This document shows positions 56,379 through 64,000 of a stretch of 64,000 bases of DNA, in pieces; the first letter of the stretch is position 1, and the number at the start of each line of letters is the position of its first letter. The position numbers were made by a program, and so were the translations under genes. Source of the DNA: Bacteroidaceae bacterium (GTDB taxonomy: Bacteria > Bacteroidota > Bacteroidia > Bacteroidales > Bacteroidaceae); the NCBI GenBank assembly GCA_017381475.1, contig JAFOCD010000081.1:1792-65791 (forward strand), given 5' to 3'. Below the pieces are notes generated by a model. The model worked only from the letters and a program-made list of their open reading frames with translations, had not been told where the DNA came from and made no database searches.

Positions 56379-57227
56379 ATGAAAAACATATTCACCACCA
56401 TTATCCTGACACTGCTGCCCATAGCAGCAATGCCACAAAAAGCAATATATACAAGTGCTGACAGCATAAGGATTGAACAAATCCTGCATGGTGCAAATAA
56501 CGCAATGCCATCCACCACCGGCGAGCGCATCATATCCATTGCCCATGAATTCATTGGCGAAAAATATGTTGGTGGAACGCTTGAACATGGTGGCGAGGAA
56601 CCGCTGTTCATAAGCAGCACGGAACTCGACTGCACTACATTCGTGGAACTTGTTCTTGCAATTGCAAAAACCGCCAATGACGGAAGCCTGCAGTTCACTG
56701 ATGTATGCAGCAACCTTGAAACCATACGCTACCGCAACGGCAGGAATAATGGATACACAAGCCGACTGCACTACATCAGTTGGTGGATAACGGACAGCGC
56801 AAAAACAGGGGTTATAGAAGAGATAACATCACAAATCAGCAACAAGAAGCAACAGCTGGGACTCAACTTCATGAGTACCCATCCAAGCAACTACCCAATA
56901 CTCGCTGAGTATCCCGAATATATAAAAGAGATTGAACAGTTGGAAACACCCTACCGTGACGTTGAAGCCCACTACATTCCCAAAGAAGATATTGACTACG
57001 CGGGACACAAGAATATAAAAGCCGGGGATATCATCGCAATAACGACATCTATCCCCGGGCTCGATGTAACCCACATGGGCTTTGCCTATTATACAAACGA
57101 TGTGCTATATCTTATGCATGCATCCAGTGGAAAAGGAATGGTCATTAAGGATAGCATACCGTTGCGCGACTATCTTGCAAACAACAAGCGCCATACAGGC
57201 ATCAGGGTATTCAGGACCTGTTTTTAA
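56379..57227 (+). CDS. DUF1460-like (N-acetylmuramoyl-L-alanine amidase-like) secreted protein
   Basis: 282 aa with a signal peptide. GEKYVGGTLEHGGEEPLFISSTELDCTTFVELVLA resembles the DUF1460 core. The call is from memory only. Confidence 0.5.
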   Translation: MKNIFTTIILTLLPIAAMPQKAIYTSADSIRIEQILHGANNAMPSTTGERIISIAHEFIGEKYVGGTLEHGGEEPLFISSTELDCTTFVELVLAIAKTANDGSLQFTDVCSNLETIRYRNGRNNGYTSRLHYISWWITDSAKTGVIEEITSQISNKKQQLGLNFMSTHPSNYPILAEYPEYIKEIEQLETPYRDVEAHYIPKEDIDYAGHKNIKAGDIIAITTSIPGLDVTHMGFAYYTNDVLYLMHASSGKGMVIKDSIPLRDYLANNKRHTGIRVFRTCF

Positions 57228-57229
57228 TT

Positions 57230-59425
57230 CTACCACCAGGAATATCCTCTACAGCATGAGTACCTGCGCGACAACGGGTCATGATCATACAGATAATCGC
57301 ATGACCCTTTTACAAGTTCGCCCATATCCGTATTTGGGTACTTTGTGGCAACCGTCTCAAAATTGTACAGTTCGTAATGCATCTCAGCAGCCACCTCATC
57401 GTCCGTCACAATATCAAAGGCTGTCTGCAACAACTGCTCGACCCTGGTCGTCGCCGCCTGCGTATATTCATCACGTACCCAATCCCTCTTCTCGCATACC
57501 TGTCCATAATATACTTCACCGCAATAGTATTGCGTGAGAGGCCAACAGAAATCGAACGAGCTCCTTATTCCTATTGCCAGTTTCATCATAAGCCGCCCCT
57601 TACGGTTCGGATCGGCAACGCCGGCAATCTCTTGCTCCAAAGAATGCATCTCACGGGCAAAATCATACTTGAAATCGTCCTTATGTCCAATATACTTCCT
57701 GGCTGCGCAGAAGGGGTCATATTCAATATAAAGATTATGGTGGTGCTTGTATGCGTCGGAAATGCGTCCAAAATGTTCCAAAGCATCGCCATAACGCATA
57801 TTGCGCAGATACTGAGTTCCAAGTATATCATTCAAATAATCACTATTGGTGTAACCACGTTCATTGAGGAACTTGTCAAAACCTGATTCAGAATGCCATA
57901 CATTATTTACATATTCGGCAACCACATCGACACCCAACGTATCAATCATTTCAAAAAAATGGTTAGAATAATCGTATCCATTGAAATATTCCGCAGAATA
58001 TCTGTACGCTGACATTGAATATATATCATCCGAATCATAGTAATCGCATACTACCCTATCTACAAGTCCAAGTTGTCTATTATCTGCCATATTCGCAAGT
58101 TGTAAAGCCCTTGTAGTCTTGCCCTCCTTAATCATTCTTGGGCAAACCTCTGCAAGTAAAATCTTGCGCATTGCCTTGTTCCAATACTCCGGGTTATCGG
58201 TATGTTCGGGCACTACTCCTTCGCGGACATCCTCAGTCATACTCTCACAGATTTTTGCATCCAGCCATTCCAATTGGTGATACAATTTATTCTCATAAGC
58301 CGAATTGTATGGTTGCTGTTGGGCGTCAATATATATCCTGAGAACCTTTATCGATTCATCAATAAAATCCGAAGACTTACTTTTCTCGGCCCTATCCAAC
58401 AATTTCGAAGCATTTGTCAAATCACCGGCTTGTTCATACACAAAAGCCGCCGCATAGTACCACATTGCCGGATTTTCGGTTTCACGATGTACTGCTGCTG
58501 CAAGACATATGGAAATCACTCTTCTATCCTGCTCTGTCATCCTTTTCTCATACCCCCAGTTATTTGTCCAGTCACAGCCCGGGACGAACTCTGAATCAAG
58601 TTCATAAAATCTTATGTATGACTGCAATGTCTCTAGTACATATTTGCTGTTCGGCGCATATTTACACACCATCTCAAGAGCATCAACTGTTGAAATCTCT
58701 TCATTTCCCCGTCCAAGACAGAAGAGCATTGAGTTCACATCGCCTAAACGCGCGAAATATTCCAAAGCCTTTTCCGAGTGATTCAAACGGTATTCAGCAC
58801 CGGCTATATACGGCATAATCATCTGACGCATCAGATTTTCCTCGGGCAAGAGAGCCACCTCATCCTCCCACAGTCTAACACATTCTTCAAACTTCGACAT
58901 TGAGAACAGAGCCCTCACAGCCTGCAATAGATATCTATCCCTCAACCTCTCATCGGTCTGCGCCAGAGCCTTTTCGGCAACCTCCTCTATCGTCATATCC
59001 ACGCCTGTTTTCATTGTAGGATAATACCAACGTGAGTTCAGTTTAATACGTATATATTCATTGGTCTTGGCCAGGAGTAAAAAATCAAGGATAGCTGTAT
59101 CTTTTTTAGTAATCCACTCAATGAAACTGTTGTCATAAGACACTTTCGTATTGTCGGCAATAGTCCTAAACTCATCCCATGACATCCTGTACACGACATC
59201 ATATATATCATCTACCGGAATATCATCAGAGGTCAGTTTTTGCCACTCCTCACAGTTTCTTGCCGAATTCGGATAAGCACCGTTCGCAGCCACCCCTGAT
59301 TGAGGTTCACATATACGGAACAAATGATATCCGCTTGGCGTATACCAATGAGGGCCGCAGGCACATGCATCATAAACCACTGTCAGCAACACAACATTAA
59401 TAAGAAAGTATCTTAGAGATTTCAT
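57230..59425 (-). CDS. Secreted helical-repeat (TPR-like) protein, 731 aa, unknown function
   Basis: The start is trimmed to MKSLRYFLINVVLLTVVYDACACG (ATG at 59425). This overlaps the upstream gene by 29 nt. The body is rich in helix-pair segments, and I recognise no catalytic motif. Confidence 0.6.
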   Translation of the reverse strand: MKSLRYFLINVVLLTVVYDACACGPHWYTPSGYHLFRICEPQSGVAANGAYPNSARNCEEWQKLTSDDIPVDDIYDVVYRMSWDEFRTIADNTKVSYDNSFIEWITKKDTAILDFLLLAKTNEYIRIKLNSRWYYPTMKTGVDMTIEEVAEKALAQTDERLRDRYLLQAVRALFSMSKFEECVRLWEDEVALLPEENLMRQMIMPYIAGAEYRLNHSEKALEYFARLGDVNSMLFCLGRGNEEISTVDALEMVCKYAPNSKYVLETLQSYIRFYELDSEFVPGCDWTNNWGYEKRMTEQDRRVISICLAAAVHRETENPAMWYYAAAFVYEQAGDLTNASKLLDRAEKSKSSDFIDESIKVLRIYIDAQQQPYNSAYENKLYHQLEWLDAKICESMTEDVREGVVPEHTDNPEYWNKAMRKILLAEVCPRMIKEGKTTRALQLANMADNRQLGLVDRVVCDYYDSDDIYSMSAYRYSAEYFNGYDYSNHFFEMIDTLGVDVVAEYVNNVWHSESGFDKFLNERGYTNSDYLNDILGTQYLRNMRYGDALEHFGRISDAYKHHHNLYIEYDPFCAARKYIGHKDDFKYDFAREMHSLEQEIAGVADPNRKGRLMMKLAIGIRSSFDFCWPLTQYYCGEVYYGQVCEKRDWVRDEYTQAATTRVEQLLQTAFDIVTDDEVAAEMHYELYNFETVATKYPNTDMGELVKGSCDYLYDHDPLSRRYSCCRGYSWW

Positions 59426-60374
59426 CGTCGGTATAATTTTTAAATTGTGAATAATCCAAATGGTATAGAATATTTCCCCTTGCAGGCTTGCCAATTTTCT
59501 GTTCAACAAGTTCCTTGACACCAAGTATCGTGTATATGTTTGGGCGTTCGTTACGGATATATTCATTGCCGGAGATTTCACGGCTACCATATGGTACAAT
59601 CGACACAAACTTATTGTCTGCAAACTTTACACCCCAACTAAAGATAGGGTAGGCATAATCAAGCGGCATTGGATACTCCGTCGGCTTGACATATGTTTCA
59701 ACCACATCATAACTGAGGATTGAATTTCCGGTACTCGGGTTTTTTAGTGAACCTGTATTATACAGCATGAGCACACCACAATCGGCCGGCGGAGGGGTTT
59801 CGCGCAACTGATGCAACCTGATGGTTATACTCAGCGAAATACCCTTTTCGTGCAACAAATCCTTCACCGCGCCACAAAGTTTGTTATAACTATCCTTTGT
59901 TGTACCTGTCCAGTCACAATCAAGTTGTAGCTCATTAATTTTGCCACACTCATTATAAGAGCACATCGCCAGCATACGTTCAACAATGAGTGGAGCCATT
60001 GCAGACTCATAACCAGCCATTTCCCTCAATGCCTCTATTGTGATATAAGTAACCGGCACTATCTCCACTCCATCCGGAATAGGAGAAATGAATTGCGTGG
60101 TTGCGTTTGGAACCACATCCGTTACACCGTTAAGGAAATCGTGTTCCGGCACAACATCGAACATACGCAAATAGATGCGCTTGATATCATGTTCTTGCAG
60201 GAATGCCGTTTCAGCAGAATCCAAATCAAAGACAGTTCTCCAGTAATAGATTGAATTCACTTTTTCCGGTTCGTCAGCATGCGCCTCGGACTGAGGAGCA
60301 GCTTGATGTCCGCACGAGGACAAAGAGGCAACATATGCAAATGCCACAAGGATCTTAAAGAAATATTTCATCAT
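59397..60374 (-). CDS. Lipoprotein, 325 aa, unknown function (possible TIM-barrel glycosidase-like fold)
   Basis: MMKYFFKILVAFAYVASLSSCG carries the lipobox LSSC. An alternating beta/alpha-like pattern is present, and the segment ELQLDCDWTG is reminiscent of the GH18 DxDxE strand but has Thr in place of Glu. Confidence 0.6.
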   Translation of the reverse strand: MMKYFFKILVAFAYVASLSSCGHQAAPQSEAHADEPEKVNSIYYWRTVFDLDSAETAFLQEHDIKRIYLRMFDVVPEHDFLNGVTDVVPNATTQFISPIPDGVEIVPVTYITIEALREMAGYESAMAPLIVERMLAMCSYNECGKINELQLDCDWTGTTKDSYNKLCGAVKDLLHEKGISLSITIRLHQLRETPPPADCGVLMLYNTGSLKNPSTGNSILSYDVVETYVKPTEYPMPLDYAYPIFSWGVKFADNKFVSIVPYGSREISGNEYIRNERPNIYTILGVKELVEQKIGKPARGNILYHLDYSQFKNYTDDEISKILSY

Positions 60375-60441
60375 ACAATTTTTATTTACCTATACAAATT
60401 TCAACAAAAAAAATCGTACAGCCGAATGTTTTTGTCCCGAC

Positions 60442-60473
60442 TGTACGAAATATACTCCAGAGTGTATGAAATG
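60442..60473 (-). promoter_or_regulatory. Operator B: direct repeats TGTACGAAATA-N10-TGTATGAAATG (21-bp phasing) upstream of the lipoprotein operon
   Basis: Direct reading places the repeats at 60442-60452 and 60463-60473. The proximal repeat lies 40 bp from a -7-like box (plus-strand CAAATTTC at 60395-60402), which is the same geometry as operator A. Confidence 0.65.
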
Positions 60474-60497
60474 ATAAATTGGTCTGTTTGAATAGTT

Positions 60498-61436
60498 CTA
60501 TTTTCTGCGCCAAACAATGTAACTTGTATTCTTGGGCATCCTTCGCCTGCCCTTGTAATAGTTATCCTCTCCGAACTCATGCACCACGCCTTCGCCATCT
60601 ACAGCCCATCCATAGGCCGACGAGCCGACAAGATAGACAGCCTGGTCCACGCCCAAGTCTACCAGAGCCTGCGAAAAGTCATGGAACGACTCCTTGGAAC
60701 CAGTCTCTATCATAAAGATTTCACCGTCACGATCACATATTGACCTCCTGATAGCCTTGCCTTTTGGTTCGTTCTCAACCACTTTGCCATCACTGACCAA
60801 AGGATATTGGCGGAAGAAATAACCGCCGTGCCCGGTAGCCTGTTCAAACAACGGTGAGTTTTCGGCAACGCCAATGGTCACAACACCATTTATTGAGGCA
60901 CAGTATCCTTTCTTGGATATTCCCCAAGCAAGAGGCTCTCCATTAAGCACAAACGCCCCGACAATACCACCGTTGTCAGCTCTCACATCGGCAGCTTGTG
61001 CCGCATACACAACCGTGGTGTCATTTTTATCCATTCTGCCAATATGCAAAGACATCTCGGCATTATGCGGTATATACAATTTAAGCGGAACATCGTTTAT
61101 TAATGTATCCTTTATTTCAACAAACCCCTTCACCAAGGAATCGACACTATCACCGAAATATTGCTTATTCAACATGTCAGTTTCCATTTCTGCAGACATT
61201 GCAGGTTCTTCCGGTTCAAACAGAGCCGGCTCCACCTCTTTTGAAACATCAACAGTCTTTGGAGGCACCGTCGTATTTTCCTTTCCACCAGCGGCAAGGA
61301 AAAATATGACAGTTCCGACAACAGCAAGAATAACAGCAATTACAATTATCTTTCCTTTGCGAGACGAAGTCTTTTTATAGGGCGTATCACCAATTACGCG
61401 AATCTGGTCATCCCTTATATCTTCATATTCCTTCAT
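60498..61436 (-). CDS. Single-pass membrane protein with periplasmic DUF2233 / phosphodiester-glycosidase-like domain
   Basis: 312 aa. There is a cytoplasmic N-tail of about 30 aa and a TM helix (IIVIAVILAVVGTVIFFLAAG). The C-terminal RRSICDRDGEIFMIETGSKESFHDFSQALVDLGVDQAVYLVGSSAYGW resembles the NAGPA-family core (R.aiG...dG.l.lv..dg...G.sl.ela..l..lG...AlnLDGGGS) but has a degenerate last motif. Confidence 0.55.
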   Translation of the reverse strand: MKEYEDIRDDQIRVIGDTPYKKTSSRKGKIIVIAVILAVVGTVIFFLAAGGKENTTVPPKTVDVSKEVEPALFEPEEPAMSAEMETDMLNKQYFGDSVDSLVKGFVEIKDTLINDVPLKLYIPHNAEMSLHIGRMDKNDTTVVYAAQAADVRADNGGIVGAFVLNGEPLAWGISKKGYCASINGVVTIGVAENSPLFEQATGHGGYFFRQYPLVSDGKVVENEPKGKAIRRSICDRDGEIFMIETGSKESFHDFSQALVDLGVDQAVYLVGSSAYGWAVDGEGVVHEFGEDNYYKGRRRMPKNTSYIVWRRK

Positions 61437-61438
61437 AA

Positions 61439-61801
61439 CTACCTGATCTCCTTTTCTATAAATTCCTTCAACTCCTTCAAGGCCTCTTTAGATGCAGTGA
61501 CGGCATGACTAAATGACTGCACATCCGAGAGCACCAATTTTTGTTTAGGAATATTGATATAACTAATGTAAGAACGATTTATAATCAAGCTCTTACCAAT
61601 ACGGATAAAGATATTTCCCTCGCTACCGAGCTGTGAGGATATCATCTTCTCTATTTGCCCCAACTGATATGACAGCACATGTTTTTCATTATCGGCCAGC
61701 ACCAGTGTCGAGTAGTTTCCGTCGGCCAAAATATAGACAACCCTGTCCGGCGCAACGCGCACCAGATCAATTGTAGTCGATATTATCAGCTGTTTCTTCA
61801 T
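61439..61801 (-). CDS. Stand-alone LytTR DNA-binding domain protein (no receiver domain)
   Basis: 120 aa. VRVAPDRVVYILADGNYSTLVLADNEKHVLSYQLGQIEKMISS...FIRIGKSLIINRSYISYI follows the LytTR pattern. Its stop is 2 nt from the start of the membrane-protein gene. Confidence 0.8.
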   Translation of the reverse strand: MKKQLIISTTIDLVRVAPDRVVYILADGNYSTLVLADNEKHVLSYQLGQIEKMISSQLGSEGNIFIRIGKSLIINRSYISYINIPKQKLVLSDVQSFSHAVTASKEALKELKEFIEKEIR

Positions 61802-61825
61802 CCGACCGGTTTATTTTACTAAGGG

Positions 61826-61833
61826 CAAATTTA
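61826..61833 (-). promoter_or_regulatory. -7 promoter box (TAAATTTG on minus strand) of the LytTR operon
   Basis: The plus strand reads CAAATTTA, 25 nt upstream of the LytTR ATG. A possible -33 TTTG element (plus-strand CAAA) lies at 61853-61856. Confidence 0.55.
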
Positions 61834-61872
61834 GGAGAGTTGACGCACACTGCAAAACCATTTGCCTGGCAA

Positions 61873-61904
61873 TGTATGAAATAGTCTTCATAGTGTATGA
61901 AATA
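61873..61904 (-). promoter_or_regulatory. Operator A: direct repeats TGTATGAAATA-N10-TGTATGAAATA (21-bp phasing) upstream of the LytTR operon
   Basis: Direct reading places the repeats at 61873-61883 and 61894-61904. They are identical 11-mers, and the proximal one is 40 bp from the -7 box. Confidence 0.65.
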
Positions 61905-61928
61905 AGATTTTATACCCGAAGTACATTC

Positions 61929-62873
61929 CTATTCCTTATTCTTATATAGACGTTTGCGCCCCTTTTCACGAATTCTCTCACGCTCTTCATAGCCGGCACG
62001 GGTACGTTTCCAGCGGTTATGCGTCCATAACCACAACTCAGGATTCTCCTTAATTTCTTTTTCGAGCAGTTCATAATAGCGATTCGTAGGTTCAAATTGA
62101 GCCATCTTTGAAGCATCCTCGGCAAAAAGTTCAAAGTGTGCCGTATAATAACCGCGTTTAACCCGCTTCATTCTAACAAAGAAGAGAGCTGCTTGTGTGC
62201 GTTGGGCTATTTTCTCAGTTCCAGTAAACACAGGAGTGTCGCGATGCAGGAAATCAACCCAATGATTGATAGACTCCCAAGTAGGCACTTGATCTGCTAC
62301 AAAACCAATAAGATACTTTTTGTTCTCTTTTGTTATCTGCACTATTCGACGCAACGTATTGGCCATTGTTATTGATTCTGCCCCGAACTGATCACGCATT
62401 TTCTTCATCAAGCGGTCAAAGAACTTGTTTTCGAGCGGATGATAGATATCGCCTACAACCAAATCCTTTTCATCAAAATACAAACCGAGAGATGTCACAT
62501 ATTCCCAATTGAAGAAATGTCCCATGTAGCAGACACACGAGCGACCTTCGGCAACAACACGATGAGCATCCTCAAGACCTGTAATCACCATTCGCTTGCG
62601 TATTTTCTTCTCGCTCATTCCATAATACTTTATCATCTCCACAAACCAGTCGCAGAGCGAAGAATAGAATTTCCTCTCAATCTTCTTTATCTCTTTCAAG
62701 CTCTTTTCCGGGAATGACTTGAGCAGATTTTCACGCACTATTCTACGACGATATCGTACCAGATAATATACGACAAAATACAAGAAATCCGATATGAGAT
62801 ACAGGATGAAAAATGGAAGCTTGTTCAGCACGAACAGCACCGAAACCGCAATGTAGTAGAGAATCTTTTTCAT
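61929..62873 (-). CDS. Lipid A biosynthesis (LpxL/HtrB-type) lysophospholipid acyltransferase family protein
   Basis: 314 aa with an N-terminal TM. YLVRYRRRIVRENLLKSFPEKS and GHFFNWEY (the HX4D/E-type region) are typical of late acyltransferases. Confidence 0.7.
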   Translation of the reverse strand: MKKILYYIAVSVLFVLNKLPFFILYLISDFLYFVVYYLVRYRRRIVRENLLKSFPEKSLKEIKKIERKFYSSLCDWFVEMIKYYGMSEKKIRKRMVITGLEDAHRVVAEGRSCVCYMGHFFNWEYVTSLGLYFDEKDLVVGDIYHPLENKFFDRLMKKMRDQFGAESITMANTLRRIVQITKENKKYLIGFVADQVPTWESINHWVDFLHRDTPVFTGTEKIAQRTQAALFFVRMKRVKRGYYTAHFELFAEDASKMAQFEPTNRYYELLEKEIKENPELWLWTHNRWKRTRAGYEERERIREKGRKRLYKNKE

Positions 62874-63022
62874 ATTGATACAACAGATGTAAATTCAAAC
62901 ATTCCCGTTATAATGACACACAACCGGGACCACGACTTTACAAATGCTTTTGATATTTGATGCAAAAATAAATATTATTTTCAATAAACAGTTTATATCC
63001 ACTTCAAAAACAACATAAAAAA

Positions 63023-63043
63023 GCGGCTCCCAACGGAAGCCGC
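63023..63043 (-). terminator. Hairpin terminator downstream of the OmpA-family gene
   Basis: gcggctcc-caac-ggaagccgc is an imperfect GC-rich stem. An A-run on the plus strand gives a U-run on the minus-strand transcript. Confidence 0.6.
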
Positions 63044-63067
63044 CTATATTCACCCGGATGCAAGGAG

Positions 63068-63775
63068 TTATTCCAATGTTCCGTTTTCTGCCGATTCAAT
63101 CATTTCAGCACTGGCATACATAAAGATTTCAACGCGACGGTTCTCAGCACGACCGGCAGCAGTAGCGTTGTCAGCTACAGGCTGTTTTGATCCAAAACCC
63201 TCCACACTCTTAATCTGCTCCTCTGAAACACCCTTAGAGAGCAGGTACTCTGCAACAGCCTTGGCACGGTTTACAGAGAGGGGATTGTTGATCATGTCGT
63301 TACCGGTTGAATCTGTATGTCCATATACCACGACATCAGCATCGCTATACTCAACAAGCACCTTAGCAAACTCTGTAAGATTCTCCTTTGCAACCTTGTT
63401 CAAAGTATACTTATTTGTCTCAAAAAGCACACCAGAATCAAAAGTAACCTTCACTGCAGTAAGATTATTTGCATCTGTAATTGTCTGCACAGTCGCATTC
63501 TCAACCTGAGCGGCAGCCTCGGCTGCATTATCCATTCTCTTACCGATTAGTGCACCAGTTCCTGCTCCAACAGCTGTACCTACAGCCGCACCCACAGCTG
63601 TACCTACAGCTGTATTGCCAGTATATTTACCAATGAGAGCACCAATGAGAGCACCACCAGCTGCACCACTGGCTCCACCAATCACACTACCCTTCGCCAA
63701 GTTACTCCAAGTTCCACAACTTGATAAGATAAGCGCAGAACAAAGTACCGCGCAAACAGTCTTTACAGATTTCAT
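63068..63775 (-). CDS. OmpA-family lipoprotein with glycine-zipper N-domain
   Basis: 235 aa with the lipobox LSSCG. A Gly-zipper is present (GGASGAAGGALIGALIG...GTAVGAAVGTAVGAGTGALIG). The C-terminal OmpA-like domain shows VVVYGHTDSTG...NNPLSVNRAKAV...NRRVEI. Confidence 0.85.
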   Translation of the reverse strand: MKSVKTVCAVLCSALILSSCGTWSNLAKGSVIGGASGAAGGALIGALIGKYTGNTAVGTAVGAAVGTAVGAGTGALIGKRMDNAAEAAAQVENATVQTITDANNLTAVKVTFDSGVLFETNKYTLNKVAKENLTEFAKVLVEYSDADVVVYGHTDSTGNDMINNPLSVNRAKAVAEYLLSKGVSEEQIKSVEGFGSKQPVADNATAAGRAENRRVEIFMYASAEMIESAENGTLE

Positions 63776-63811
63776 GTCAATATAATTTAATTTTTGTTAT
63801 CAAACCTTGCG

Positions 63812-63819
63812 CAAAGTTA
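63812..63819 (-). promoter_or_regulatory. -7 promoter box (TAACTTTG on minus strand) for the ompA-family gene
   Basis: The plus strand reads CAAAGTTA, 37 nt upstream of the ATG at 63775. Confidence 0.5.
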
Positions 63820-63921
63820 ATCAAAAATATTTTTTTACAAAACAGAGCACGACAATTATACACATATTTAAAAAAAATAAAAACTGCGCCTTTAAAACCA
63901 CCTCAATATTGATATATTTAT

Positions 63922-63929
63922 TAACTTTG
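63922..63929 (+). promoter_or_regulatory. -7 promoter box TAACTTTG for the gene starting at 63968
   Basis: It matches TAnnTTTG and lies 39 nt upstream of the ATG. Confidence 0.5.
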
Positions 63930-63967
63930 CAGAATAGAAATTGAAAAATAGAAAACAAATATATAAT

Positions 63968-64000
63968 ATGGCCGAATTAAAAGATCTTACAAAGCGCAGT
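63968..64000 (+). CDS. 5' end of an unidentified gene (MAELKDLTKRS...), truncated by the window edge
   Basis: An ATG at 63968 is preceded by a -7 box. Only 11 codons are visible, so the product cannot be assigned. Confidence 0.4.
   Translation, partial: MAELKDLTKRS

Noticed and set aside
1-64000. Sigma-54 -24/-12 promoter candidates (TGGCAC hits), for example near 21650, 31710 and 43150.
   Set aside because: None has a TTGC(A/T) element at the correct 5-nt spacing, and all lie inside coding regions.
1-64000. CRISPR arrays, tRNA or rRNA genes, transposases, integrases, prophage or defence-island signatures.
   Set aside because: - I saw no regularly spaced direct repeats and no tRNA-like T-arm (GGTTCGAATCC-type) context.
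- No ORF shows DDE, tyrosine-recombinase or serine-recombinase motifs, or nuclease/helicase defence motifs.
- This is a by-eye negative and should be confirmed with tRNAscan-SE, Infernal, CRISPR finders and defence-system HMMs.

Overview
This is a chromosomal segment that looks like a Bacteroidales genome. Supporting signs are recurrent TAnnTT(T/C)G -7 promoter boxes, many lipoproteins, an argF'-type succinylornithine transcarbamylase, and TamB, LptE and T9SS-associated genes. I call about 50 protein-coding genes, and most are housekeeping.

Main content, in order:
- A cobalamin-riboswitch-controlled BtuB-like TonB receptor, cut by the left edge and absent from the ORF track.
- A five-ORF membrane-stress-like operon: TerB-like, zinc ribbon, SPFH/Band_7_1-GYF, GYF and a 4-TM protein.
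- rpsF-rpsR-rplI, two OmpR-type two-component systems, an EF-G paralogue, hemW, glmM, nrnA-like, comEC, rpe, a WG-repeat protein and a GH33 sialidase.
- A phosphate-like cluster: porin, PiT transporter, nfo, response regulator and histidine kinase.
- AraC, SIMPL, DoxX, argF', tamB, an SLC13/TrkA-C permease, a sigma-54 activator with lptE and secG, rarA, fhs, a GT2, glnS, manC, wecA-like, DUF5103, DUF1460, lpxL-like and ompA.

By eye I found no rRNA, tRNA, CRISPR array, transposase or integrase.

The strongest candidate for something undescribed is at 57.2-61.9 kb. A stand-alone LytTR-domain protein is co-transcribed with a single-pass membrane protein that carries a DUF2233 (phosphodiester-glycosidase-like) periplasmic domain. 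The same 33-bp operator, two TGTAYGAAATR repeats phased at 21 bp, sits exactly 40 bp from a -7 box in front of two operons. One is this operon. The other is the next one downstream, which encodes a lipoprotein and a 731-aa secreted helical protein.

Other notable items:
- Pho-box-like 11-bp-phased TGTTACA repeats upstream of the PiT gene.
- A single in-frame TAA separating the TerB-like ORF from the zinc-ribbon ORF.
- A DnaJ-type Cys-motif extension on the SLC13 permease.
- A 30-bp perfect hairpin between convergent genes.

All functional calls come from motif recognition by eye. No searches were run.
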